NCBI GenBank assembly: GCA_951406725.2
Contig: OX597823.1
Location: forward strand, 62,248,001 to 62,312,000
Length of the DNA stretch: 64,000 bases
Reading direction: 5' to 3'
Source: Octopus vulgaris
Lineage: Eukaryota
Part shown: piece by piece, positions 1 through 12,800 of the stretch
Layout: the number at the start of each line of letters is the position of its first letter
How positions within the stretch are numbered: position 1 is the first letter of the stretch
The notes under the pieces: model-generated
The model's database searches: none
The model's input: only the letters and a program-made list of their open reading frames with translations
What the model was told of the DNA's origin: nothing
Translations under genes and position numbers: made by a program

Positions 1-1568
1 CATGTGGTCGGGAAGCAAATATGTATATGTATCTCTCTCTCACTTTCTCTTTTTGTGTACATTTATATGTATCTATATATAAGAGTATGTGAAACACACT
101 GTCTAGATAATATATGATAAATAGTTGAATAAAAATGTCTTGCAACTTGTTGAGAAATTGCCTAAGATTTCGTGGTGTGGAATGTTGTGTCATACATTGA
201 AGTGGATTTTCCCTGTTGATTTTTAAGATCTAAGAGGATTTCAGTCCAGAAATACTGAACTCGTGTAGTATTTTTAGTACCGTAATGTGATCACTTCTTA
301 CAAGCATTTCAAACTATACTCCTTTATGGTACCTATCATCAGTTAAGTTAACTGGATCATTGGATCATTAAGAGTTGTCTGATCTTGCAAAGAACAGTGC
401 AATATTGCTGATATGATATGTGCCAAGGATCTCTTGAGAGGCCCTTTATGTAGTCCCTTAATTTCATAGAAGTTGCAGCCAAATGATCCCTACCATCTTT
501 AATAAGGAAGGCTTGTCCTTTCAGGTGTCTGTACCACTTACAAAGCACCTGTGCCGGTGGCACGTAAAAAGCACCCAGCACACTCTGTTAAGTGGTTGGC
601 GTTAGGAAGGGCATCCAGCTATAGAAACCATGCCACAACAGACAGTTTGAGTCTGGACATCTCCATGTCAAACCGTCCAACACGTGTCAGCAAGGAAAAG
701 TGGACGTTAAACGATGATGATATATTTTGGATTACGTAGTCTTAAGCATGACCCTAAAAAAATATGAAATTCTCAACTGAAATGCTTTTGATCATAAGTT
801 CTTATCTAAAAGAGCTGACTTGAGGCTAAACAACCACATCATGCTATTGTTGTTAATTTCTTCATTTCTATAGTCAATACGCACAGCTTCTTGTGCAATA
901 TAGTAGATTCTTTCAATTATTAGTAGTTTGATGGAAGAGTTGTTCCCCTTCATGGCAGTGTCAGACAACTAACATTTAATTCTTTGTTTATCACTGCTGT
1001 TTATAACTCGAAAAGTATGCCGTTCAGTAGTTAATGTTGGCATTTTGGTTGATATTCTTCTCTAGACTGCTACCTTTCTCAAAACTCTCAGAATTCCATA
1101 CCTTTTGTATGTATGTTTGGTGTGTGAACGATCGTGTGTGCGAGCTTATATAATCATTTTACAGGATATTTAATGCAAAAATAATTTCTAGTGTACAGCC
1201 ACTGACTTTCAGATTCCTTGTTGTGGTTTACAGAAAAATGTGCGAAGTGTTTATTTTTGTGGTATAAATACCAAAGTGTGCTTCGTACACACTTATGCTA
1301 GAAGTAAATGTAGAGTCTTAGATATGTTTGTCATATTTAAGGTAAACAAGTTTACACGTCTGGACCAAAATCTTTTAATGAATAAAGTCAACCATAAGGT
1401 TGAATGCATTCAGCCTTTCAGCCCAGACATCTAATTCTGTTTACCTTACATAGACAAGCCTGATATATATATATATATATATACAGCATAGTCATCTAAA
1501 AGTCCATAAGTCAGGAAAAAGATGCATTATCAGTAGAGTGAGTATATTATCCGAAGTGTACTGTATTA

Positions 1569-1792
1569 TATATCCAACATGGCTGATCTTACCAATTGGT
1601 TTCACGCTAGGGGTACAACGGAGTGTTAGGTAATAATCTGATTATATAACCCTATGCTCATCAGAGGTAGCCAATTTCATTCCATATCCGCTACCTCTGA
1701 TGAGCATAGGGTTATATAATCGGATTATTACCTTACACTCTGTCGTACCCTTAGCATGAAACCAATTGGTAAGATCAGCCATGATGGATATA
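1569..1792. repeat. Palindrome of two inverted hammerhead-bearing units (about 100-bp arms, 18-bp spacer)
   Basis: Arms 1569-1671 and 1690-1792 are reverse complements with scattered mismatches, flanked by TA repeats. Confidence 0.9.
1690..1779 (+). ncRNA. Type I hammerhead ribozyme motif (inverted copy at 1582..1671, - strand)
   Basis: gctacct-CTGATGA-[GCATAGGGT...ACCCTTAGCAT]-GAAA-CCAATTGG-TA-agatcagc; palindromic stem III, GUA site at 1771. Confidence 0.7.
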
Positions 1793-4700
1793 TATATATA
1801 TATAAAATTTAAAAACATGAAAATACATGTGAACAAGAAGGGGAACTGATAGTACTGAATACCAAATGCAGTGTTTAGAAGTAGTTAGATATTATGTTAT
1901 TGGCAAATATGTAACACCGTCTCTAAAAATGATTCTAAATGATGTAGATTTTTATTAAGTGTAATCTTAACAAACTTTCATCTGTAAATATATAAAACAT
2001 TTTCAAGGAAAATTCTAACTGATTGCTAAAATGTTAGTAAGAATTTTATTTTTAGTTTTGTTTTTTCATTATATTTTTTTCTTTATCCTTAACATGTTTT
2101 GAAAAATATTCCAGAAAAAAAAAATTTGTTCTTCCCTATCTGACTAATTTTATATGAATGAATATTTGGTGTTAACTTATAGCACAAGCTTATTATTAAC
2201 TTTTAGCCTCATTATTATTTTTTATTTTTTTGGTAACATTTAATATAATTCAATGTGACCTTTCATATCCTAATGGTTATTATGCCACACACAGCTGTTA
2301 ATAAAACTAAGTCCCTAATTAAATTTCATTTCAATTTAAGCTTTTGAATTATATTTTTAAGCAATCAGCTGTGTAATACATTTAAAATGTAGTATTTTCA
2401 GTTTTAGCAGTTATATGTATATAAGCCAAAACACTAATGGTTAACAGCTTCTTGTTCACATCTCTTTGCAATTCGATTTCACTTAAAGCAAATATTCTGA
2501 TGAGTCTATCTTCTCACAGATCACATCAATGTGTAACATTTTGGTAATGGGTTTTTTTTTTACTTTTTCTTTTTTAAATTCTATTTGTATTTTGACAATG
2601 TTGCTTTTACTTCAGTTTGAAATTCTGCATTAGAATTTTCCCAAATTCTCATTTTTTTTTTTTTCAATAAATAGTGAGATTGATAAAATTTCAATTACAA
2701 AACACCATAAAGTAAAATCATTTCAATATCTGTTCATTACTATCATTATTTAGTATAGTAGTAGTAGAAGTTGTAGTAGTAGCAATATTAGTCAAGGGAT
2801 AGAGAACTTGTACTATGTGTTTCATAATTGCAAAAGTTTTGTCTTGCTATTCTCTGTTCAGGTCATGGCTGGGACAATTTTACCTTTCATCTCTCTAACA
2901 GTAGATATAAAATATGTGCAAATAATATATGGAGTGTTAATTCAATTGACAACACTCTGTTTTTTTTATTATTATTATTATAAAAAGCCCTTGCAACTAG
3001 TCAAAAGAATTCATTTTTGCCTTGTGATTTTTTTTCCATGTCTTAAATTTGTTTCATCTCATTTGAAATAGTTTAAAATGTATTTTACTAGATCTACATA
3101 TGGTATAAACTCTTGTAGAATTTTTATGTCCTTCATAATTTTTAAGCGCTGTGACAGATTTTAAATACAATATAATATTGTTGCTCTCAATTATTGGTTT
3201 ACTTTATATATATATATATATATATATTGGTTTACTTTATATATATATATATGTATGTGTGTGTATTACTAAAAGGTTTCCATTTAAATTTATATTTCAT
3301 GGAAATGTATTCGCATTTATCGCTATCATTATAATGTTGGTGCTATCTTACATTGGATTTTAGGCACATAAGTTGAAATTATTTCATATGAGTGTCTCTA
3401 TCATAACTTTTATACATACCCAGAATATGAACTCACCACCATAACCTAATATATAAGCTTTCAATACATACAGAAGCTAAGTCACCAGCCAGATACAGTT
3501 TGTATTGCTGGTTCACTAGTAGTGTATTCAAATCCACTTTATGTACATTATATATTTGAGCAGTGCACTTAATTCTACATTGTTTCAGATTATTTGTTTG
3601 TTGGGGAACATGTGGTAGCTAGACCATTTCAGAATGTATACCTCTGGTCACATGCTATTCAAGGGGAGTTTTATCACTCATTGACTCTTAAATGCTCATT
3701 GGAGTTCAAGAAACATTCACATGGTATTTATACTTAATCATGGTATCCATGCATGCCTTATGAATGAAATATGGTACACAGAAACCTATCAGGTAACTAA
3801 ACATGTTATTGAGTGATAGACTTAATCTAACATCATCAAATGGCCCTTGAGTACCTGGCAGGTGTCCACTCCCAGGCAAGCATTCAGAAGAGGTCTCTAG
3901 TCTGACGATATCAGTGTCTTCCCCCTCTTTGTTCTCAGCAACCTTGGAGGTTCTGTAAAGGAAACGGAAAGATCATCACCATGGACAATGCTCTCCTAAT
4001 GCTGTGTACTTACATCTTAGTGGACTGAGATAATTTTAAGTGCCTTGGTCATAAACTCAGTCCGGTGTTAGTAATGGGATATAAAGATTTTTAAATAAGT
4101 AAATAAACAAATAAAGCCCCCATTGATCCTTCAGCAGGTGGACTGACAGCATTTTGTTCATTGTGGTTGCTCAGCTTTTGGGCTGGAAACAAACCTAAGA
4201 ACCATTAATGAAAGATGATTGCTACACGAGGTCTAAATTTATTCTAATTTTAAAATGTCTTCTCAAACAGTGGATTAGAATTTGCTGCAAAGTAGCATCA
4301 AAAAGTGCCTTAATGAAGAATAGAAAGGAAAAAAAAAATTCCATTTCTTTACAATTGTGATATTTTCTTTGTTTATTTATTCTGAACAGTTGAGATAGTT
4401 TAGAAGGCTTCTTTTTTTTTTTTTTTTTTTTTTTTTTTGTATTTAGTGTTATTGTGAACACAGGATTTAAGGGCAATGATTTAGATGTCTGTGTGTATTT
4501 TTATTATTACTATTATTTCCTCGTTGCACCCTTAGTTGATGGAAAGGGACTAAATCGTTATTATTGGTGTTGTTGTTGTTGAGTAGTTCCTGTGACGTCT
4601 AATGGAATAGTTCAGTTATATACATACATAGAATTCAAGATTTAGTACACAAAAGATACGAGTTAGTCTGGAATAGCTCTTGCCCATGCATACTCTCTCC

Positions 4701-7700
4701 AGTTTTTATTTTCTATCAATCTATCTCTCTCTCTCTCCATATATATATATATATATGAACCGTCCAACCCATGCTAGCATGGAAAGCGGACACTAAATGA
4801 TGATGATGATGATGATGATATATATATATATATGTGTGTGTGTGTAGGTTTTGTATCAACACACAAAACTCTTGGACCTTGATTCACTGTTGCTTCTGCT
4901 AAATAGCAATAAATATATATACACACACGCACATATATATATATACATATATATCAATTACCTGTATTGACCAGGCTATTGGATGTTGTTACACACCACT
5001 GGTCACAATGCACTTCCAATTCTTTCTTGATTGCGGCCTTCTTTTTCCATCTTAGCCCAAATCATTTAACTAAATTGTCTTCCTATCATTGTGGAGGGCT
5101 TCCAAGTGACATCTCCTGATCTCTTAGATACCACTTGGCAACTGCATGGGTCCACTTGTTGTCCAGCCCAACAGAACTTGTGCTCTTGGTATTCTGTGAT
5201 TACAACATTCACTCCAATCTTTTCTTGAATTATCTCATTTCAGATATCCTCTTGCATGGATATTTTCATGGTCCTTTACATCATAACCAATCAATATTCT
5301 TCCCTCTTTATAGTAGCCCATGTCCCACATGCATATAAGAACACATGTTGGACAGTATTGTTGATGAGACATGTAGGATTTTTTTTTTTTTGTAATGATC
5401 ACATCAGAGCTAAGCAATGTGGTCACACAGGTGATGAAACCACGAGGTTGATCAGAAGGGAATTACATCAAGTTCTGCTTGTTATATCTTTGTGCCTTAT
5501 ACTGTTGGATCTGTGACCCAAAATGGTTTTAATTGATCTTTTTCTTTTTTTTTCCTCGTTACTTTTCACCTTTCCAGGGTCAATAAGATAAAGTACCTGT
5601 CAAGTACAGGGCTTGCTTTAATTAAACTAAAGCCCTCTCTTCTATAAACAGATTGGCAGAATCATTAGAGCATTGACAAAAAAAGTGCCTTGCAATATTT
5701 GTTCCAACTCTTAGTTCAAATCCCACCTATGTCACCTTTACCTTCCATCCTGTGCGAAATGCTTAGCAGTATTTCGTCTGCCATTACATTCTGAGTTCAA
5801 ATTCTGCCGAGGTCGACTTTGCCTTTCATCCTTTCGGGGTCGATAAATTAAGTACCAGTTACACACTGGGGTTGATGTAATCGACTTAATCCCTTTGTCT
5901 GTCCCCTTGTGGGCAATAAAGAAATAAGAATTTAATTACATTTCTTTCCCTTCACACTTAAAATTCCTCTAGGGTTGACTTCACCTTCCATCACTTTGGA
6001 AGCAATAACATAAAAATGCCAGTAAATGTGGCTTTGTGCCTTTGTTAAGTTATTAATTGTTACTGTTGTCATTATTATTATTACAAAAGGGGCTAGCTGG
6101 CAGAATCATTAGAGCACCAGAGGGAAATGCCCTGCAGTATTTTTTATGTTCCAAGTTCAAATCTTACTAAAGTTAACTTTGTCTTTTACCCCTCCAGGCT
6201 CAATAAAATAAAGTGCTAGGACTGATGAGTTGACTCGCTCCTTCCTTTTAAAGCTGCTGACCTTGTGTCTAAATTAGAACCATTATCATCATCATCATTA
6301 TTAATTATTATTATAACATAATCAAAGTCTAGATCTTCCAATTCATTTCTGCATTCCTGTTAGAATTTACTAATTTCCTCCGAGATTTGCTTTGTTTAGT
6401 TATATTGTATGAACTACTCTAGGAGTTTTTAAGGTGACCTCTGAAAGTGTTATGGTTATAATGAAAAGTCATCAGGGATATAGGTACATTGATAATTGTG
6501 GAATGTATGTTCATAAGTATCTCCCTGCTATCTCAAAATAGCATGTTAGTGTGGAATTGAGAAATTACAAGAAATAAGGCATTCTTGGTTGTCTACAATG
6601 AATATTGATGCTCTCTTGATTTTTTTTTTCTTTTAATATCCAGTCATCATTATATGCTGTATATATATGAAAAAATACTTAAGCTTGGAACTAATTCAGT
6701 CTTAGAGTTGTTTTTGTTTTGTTTTGTTTTTTTTGTCCGCTATATCCTTTATCTCTGGCACCTTAGTGATATAAAGATACAAAAGAATTCAGTTAAATTT
6801 CTTTTTGTGCAAAAAACAGAGAGTATGAGGTTAATTAGCATTAAAGAAATAATGTTTTTCATCAGATCTAAAGCATAGTGGAAGCTATGTATTGTGATGA
6901 CTTTGGGGGCAGAGCCCTTTGGCTAATGAGCATTTATCAATAGAAATATGTGCAATGGTGTATTTTAGCAATTATTATTATTAAGGCAGCAAGCTGGCAG
7001 AATCATTAGCATGCCAGACAAAACGCTTAGCAGCATTTTGTCCATATTTATCTACTGAGTTCAAATTCTACTGAGGTCGACTTTGCTTTCATCCTTTTGG
7101 GGTCGATGTAACTGACTAGTTCCTTCCCTCAAAATTTCAGGCCTTGTGCCTTTAGTAGAAAGGATTATTATTATTCTTGTAATTTTTCATTTTTAATGAT
7201 TGATATGTAACTTAAAATAAATTGATGATGACATTACAGAAATACCTAGAATATGGAACTATGTTAATCTTAACTTTTATTTATGTAAAAAATTATTGTT
7301 TTCATAAGCTGTTTCATCTTAATGCTAGTCATGTTAGTGAAGAATCTTAGTGGTTAGTGAAGAATCTTTGAGAACTTGAGGAGACAAAGTGACAGTCATC
7401 AAAGTTTTCTAGGATACTTAGCAATATTTATTCTGGCTCTTTGTGCTCCAAGTTCAAATCTTGCCAAGGTCAATTTTGCTAGTCATCTTTTTAGGGTTGG
7501 TAAATAAAGCACTAATTAAAATTTAAGGATCAATTCATTTCTTCTCTCTCTCTCTTTCACTCTTAGGATTAACAATAATTGACAAGATGACATCTTGTTG
7601 AAAAAAAAGATGAGGAGAAACTACTTTTGTATCATTCAGGGAATTTCTATGACAAGTACTATGTACTTGACATGGAAGTCATCGGGTGCCATTTGTCAAC

Positions 7701-9761
7701 CATATGGCCAATTTTTTTCTTTTACTTTGAGAATATTACCTGCAAATCCTATCATTAAACAAGTATTACTATTTGAATAACTAATCTTTTGGTCTATTTA
7801 TGAAATGCAAAACCTACATTATTTTAGATTACGTTTTACAAAATCACTTATTAATTTTCTCATGAATGGTATAGTTTTACAAATTTAAAAACTTCCATAT
7901 TAAAGCTATTGCTTTTAATTATTTTTGTTTGAATAGGCTTACAATACAAAGTCAGGTGATCTACTATTCCATCTATATTGTGAGACATATTCCATTTAAA
8001 TTTAGGACTCACAATATATGCCCTTCTCACCAGGGTGTTTTTAAGGACAACAAAAGATATTTTTTTTTGTGGGAGATTTTGCTACATGAAAAAGATTGAG
8101 TGATTATTGTGCAGCTCCTTTATTTGTTGCCATATAAATTGAAGGAGCTGTTTTTACTATCCAATGCCTTACCTATTCCTAACCACTTAGCCACAATACT
8201 TCCTTTACAATTTGGAAGACTCAGGTAAATAATGTTAAATATTTTGCCTTATTGTAGAATACAATGCTTATAGCAAGGTTTAAACTTGTTACTTTGTGAT
8301 TAATATTTCAGTGCCTTAATCTTGTATCCACTCAGCTTTTATGGGTTTTAACAGAAAATATAAAATGTACTCAATATTTTTCAGCCAGAGAATTAATTTC
8401 TTATACATTTATTAACATACTGACCAGATATAATCTGATATAAAATTTACTTCTTGTGTCCTTCCATATTTGGTTAAATTTTTAAATATTTTCTTTACTT
8501 CCATAAAAAAAAAAAAATCTGAACTCCAATCAACACGCATTTAATGTTAGTTCAAAACTACAACTTGGTTTTTTTTTTAATTTTTTAATTCAAATTTTAA
8601 ATGTTAACCCTGTATATCTGTCATTTATTAAAGTATCATTTTCATAATTTGATCTCGATGGATTCACATTTGAACATTTGTATTAATTGCCATGTTTGTT
8701 GTTGTTTTTTTTCCTTTTTTTCTTTCCTTATTATTTCCTATCCAACTATTCATATTTTCTCTCTTTAATTATGTTTTGTTTATGAAATGTTTTGTTATGA
8801 AAAATAAATTGATAGTTTCAAACATCTTATACCTGCTTCATATTTTTATTTATAAGTACATTTCCAGTTTTTTTTTTAAATCAAGCATTTCATACCTTTA
8901 CTGTGTTATAGCTTATTTAGTATTTATCTTCTTGAGGGAAGATTGAAGACTTTGGTATTATGATGTAGTTCCACAAAGGGATATGCTTGAAGAGTTTCTT
9001 TATTAATACCACACAGATGAATTGAACCTAGGATCTTGTGGTTGTGAGAAGAATTTCTTAACCATTTGGCCATCCTGCATCCACATTCTACTGCTAGTGG
9101 TACATAAGAAGCACCCAGTACAATCTGTAAAGTGCTTGGTATTAGGAAGGGCATCCAGCTGCAGAAAGCAAGTCACAACAGACTATTGGAGTCTGGACAG
9201 TTTCCTGACTGAGCAGCTCCTGTCAAACCGTCCAACCCATGCCAACATGGAAAACAGATGTTAAACTATGGTAATGAAATTATAAGAAAAGAAAACCTTA
9301 TTACAGACATAGTTTCATGTTCAGTTCCATGGCACAGCATCTTGAGCAAATTTCTACAACAGAACTGGGATGATCATTGCCTTGTGAGTGAATCTGTTAG
9401 ATGGAGCCTGTGAAGATGTATGTGTGTGTGTGTGTCCATGCATGTTTGTATTTGTCTCTAACTACTTGACAGCCAGTGTTGGTTTGTTTATATCTTTGTA
9501 ACTTAGCGATTTGACAAAAAGAAACCATGAAAATAAGTAGCAGATGTAAAAATAAGTACTGTGATCAATTCGATCAACTAAATCCTTTAAGGCAGTGTCC
9601 CAGTATGGCTGCAGGCCAATTACTGAAACAATTAAAATAAATTACAGAATTGTTCTGTAGGTGTTTTCTGAGGTAAATTATATAACCACACATAAAAAAA
9701 AAACAAATTAGAGAATTGTTTCTAAAAAATATTTTTATATACAAAGATGAAGAATGATGTC

Positions 9762-9828
9762 CTAAACTGTTCCTTGCTGTTTTAATCTGTGTTTGAAGGT
9801 AACATCTGCTTTGTTTCTGATACCATAC
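9762..9828 (-). CDS. SNRNP25: SNRNP25 coding exon 5 (stop TAG)
   Basis: ttgtag acceptor, 67 nt, YGIRNKADVTFKHRLKQQGTV*. Confidence 0.94.
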
Positions 9829-12800
9829 CTACAAAATAAAGAACATTCTAACAATAATAAAAGTCAGAATTCCCATATTTCTACAAGAAACCCTACATGA
9901 AGCAATTAAAAATTTGTTTGCTTTTATTATTTTTTCTTCTTACAGTTTAGATGGAGGATGAATGACAGTACACCAAACCCTTTTCTGGACACTGAGTTTA
10001 GTGACTAACAGAAGGATGGAAGTTATCTTCAGACCAGGCATGGACTTAGCTGCGTGGTTCCAGGTTCAGTCCCACTGCATGGCACCTTGGGCAAGTGTCA
10101 TCTACTATAGCCTCAGGCCTACCAAGGCTTTGTGAATGGATTTGGTAGATGGAAACTGAAAGAAACCCATCATATGTATGTGTGTGTGTGTATCCCACCA
10201 CTGCTTGACAACTAGTGTTGGCTTGTTTAGATCCCCATAACTTAGCAGTTTGATAAAAGAAACCGATAGAATAAGTACCAGGCTTAAAAAAGAGAAAACA
10301 GAAAAAGTACTGGGGTCGATTTATTTGGCTAAAAACTCTTCAAGATAGTGCCCCAGCATGACCACAGTCTGATGACTGAAACATGTAAAAGATAAAGAAC
10401 CACAAGGTTCTATGTAGTTTCTCTCAACCAAATTACATGCAGAATATTTTGATCATCTTGATCAGTGGTTCCTAAAGAGGGTGGTAGAAAGATCAAGAGA
10501 GACGTTGAAGAAAAGTGGAGCATTAATAGGGTGGCCAAAAAGGGGCGATGGATGTGATCCCCAACCCCACAAAATAACGGGTTAATTACGTTAAGTTTTA
10601 TTTGTGAAATACTTTTGTAAGAATACTAATGTAAGATTACTTCACTTCATAAAAAATTAATGTTTCCCCAGGGTGCAGTGTTTTCACCTTAATTGAATAG
10701 AGCAACAGAGACAAACAGCATTTCATATACTATCTCAATATAGTTTACATGAATGTAAGGTGGGTAAGCCGGCAGAATTGTTAGCACACCATGCAAAATG
10801 CTTAGTGACATTTCATCTCTCCTCATGTTCTGAGTTCAGATTGTAAGGACAGGGACAATAAAATAAGTACCACTTGAGCACTGGGGTTGATGTAACTGAC
10901 TTACCCTCACCCCCAAAATTGCTGGTCTGGTGCCAAAATTTGAAACCAATATAGTTTACATGAATAATCAATCCTACAAAAGGAGAGACTGACAGAAATA
11001 TTTACTTAACCTTTGAGAAGGGTAGGCCAATCGATTGACAATTCATTTATCCCAAAGCTACAACTGTTCCAATTCATACAAATTAAAATGTCCACTGCAC
11101 CCCCATGTCATACAGTATATTAATTTTTAAATTTTAAAAAAATATCTAAAATTTTGAAGAAAAAAGAAACAAGCTATTTCTACAACTTTGTATTCTTTTA
11201 TTCATTTCAGTCATGCTGAAGTACCATCTTTAGTCAAACGAATTAACCCCAGGACTTATTCTTTGTAAGCCTAGTACTTATTCTATCGGTCTCTTTCGTC
11301 AAACTGCTAAGTTAGGGGCACGTAAACACACCAAGATCGGTTGTTAAGCAATAGTTGGGGGACAAACACAGGCAAACAAACATATACATATATGTGTCCT
11401 TTATGACACAAATTAGAAACATTTCCAATCTGGCCAGCTTCCAAGAAAATTATGCTGACCCCTACATAAACTGTATGCAGTCATACTTCATTTTCAGTAT
11501 ATATGTCTCACTACTGCAAGTTTGATTCTGATACATCATAACCAACTTTTCCCTTTCAATTACTATAAGTTCCCTATTTTTACTGTCTGTATTTCACTGC
11601 CACACAACATTACACGTATACTTCAATCTACTTCAAAATGAAATAATGACAACTTACTCTTTCAAAGGTTTACTGTCATCTGACAATTTCTGTCCATCAA
11701 AATACAGCCAATATCTTTTCCAAATGTATCGCCTGCATAAGTTAAAAATGTAATCCAGATATAGCATCAATACAAGTCATGTATTTCAAAATACAATCCA
11801 TAAGCTAACAAGATGAGACATAAAAATTGATAGAAGAGTGCAGGCTTAGTTATATATTCAAGAAGTTGATTTTGCAATCATGTGCTTCTTTGGTTGGTGC
11901 CACTGTGCAGTAACTTGGGCAATATCTTCTTCCATAACTTCAGAGATTGAACAATACCTTGTGAATGGAATATGGTCACCAGAAATAGCTGGAGATCTCT
12001 GTATGTGTGTGTGTGTATGTATGTCCACTCTGCTGGGTGGTTGGTGTTAGGAAGGGCATCTAGCTGTAAAAACAATGTCACAACAGACACAGGAGTTTGG
12101 TGCAGACTCCTGCCTGACCAGCTCCTGTCAAATCATCCAACCCATGCCAGCATGGAAGGCAAATGTTAAATGATAATGATGATACATATAATATAATACA
12201 CTTCCTATTTCCAATCATCTGTCATGCTATTTTCACTCAGTACACTTAACCTATACATCCACCTTTTCCCCTCTTTTATCCTATTCTGTCTCCTATTCAC
12301 ATTGTACCTGGACTTCACAGCTCTTCCTTTCTCTTTCTCACTTTCCAGATAGGCAAGCTATGTATTTACCTCTTCAGCAAGACACTTGCTCCCCTCCTTC
12401 TACCATAGTTTCTTATTCCTCCAGCCTGTACCCTGCTCAGTCTTATCTTGTGAGTACTAGGTGACCTCACTGGTGCTGATACCATGTAAAAAACACCCAG
12501 TATAGACTTAAGTGGCTGGCTTTTTGAAGTGCATCTAGCTATAGAAACCATGCCAAAACAGACATAGAACCTGGTGCAGTCCTCTAGCTTGTCTGTTCTT
12601 GTCAAACTGTCCAACCCATGCCAGCATGGAAAAAAGTGTGTTAAATAATGATGATATATACATCTATAAAATCATAATCTTAATTTATATAAATTTTCCA
12701 TGTTGGCAAGGGTTGGACAGGTTGTCACAGTCCAAGCCAGTTCTTATTCTAAGCTACTACCCTTTTTACACAGGTTACAAGACCACCAGATATCAATACA

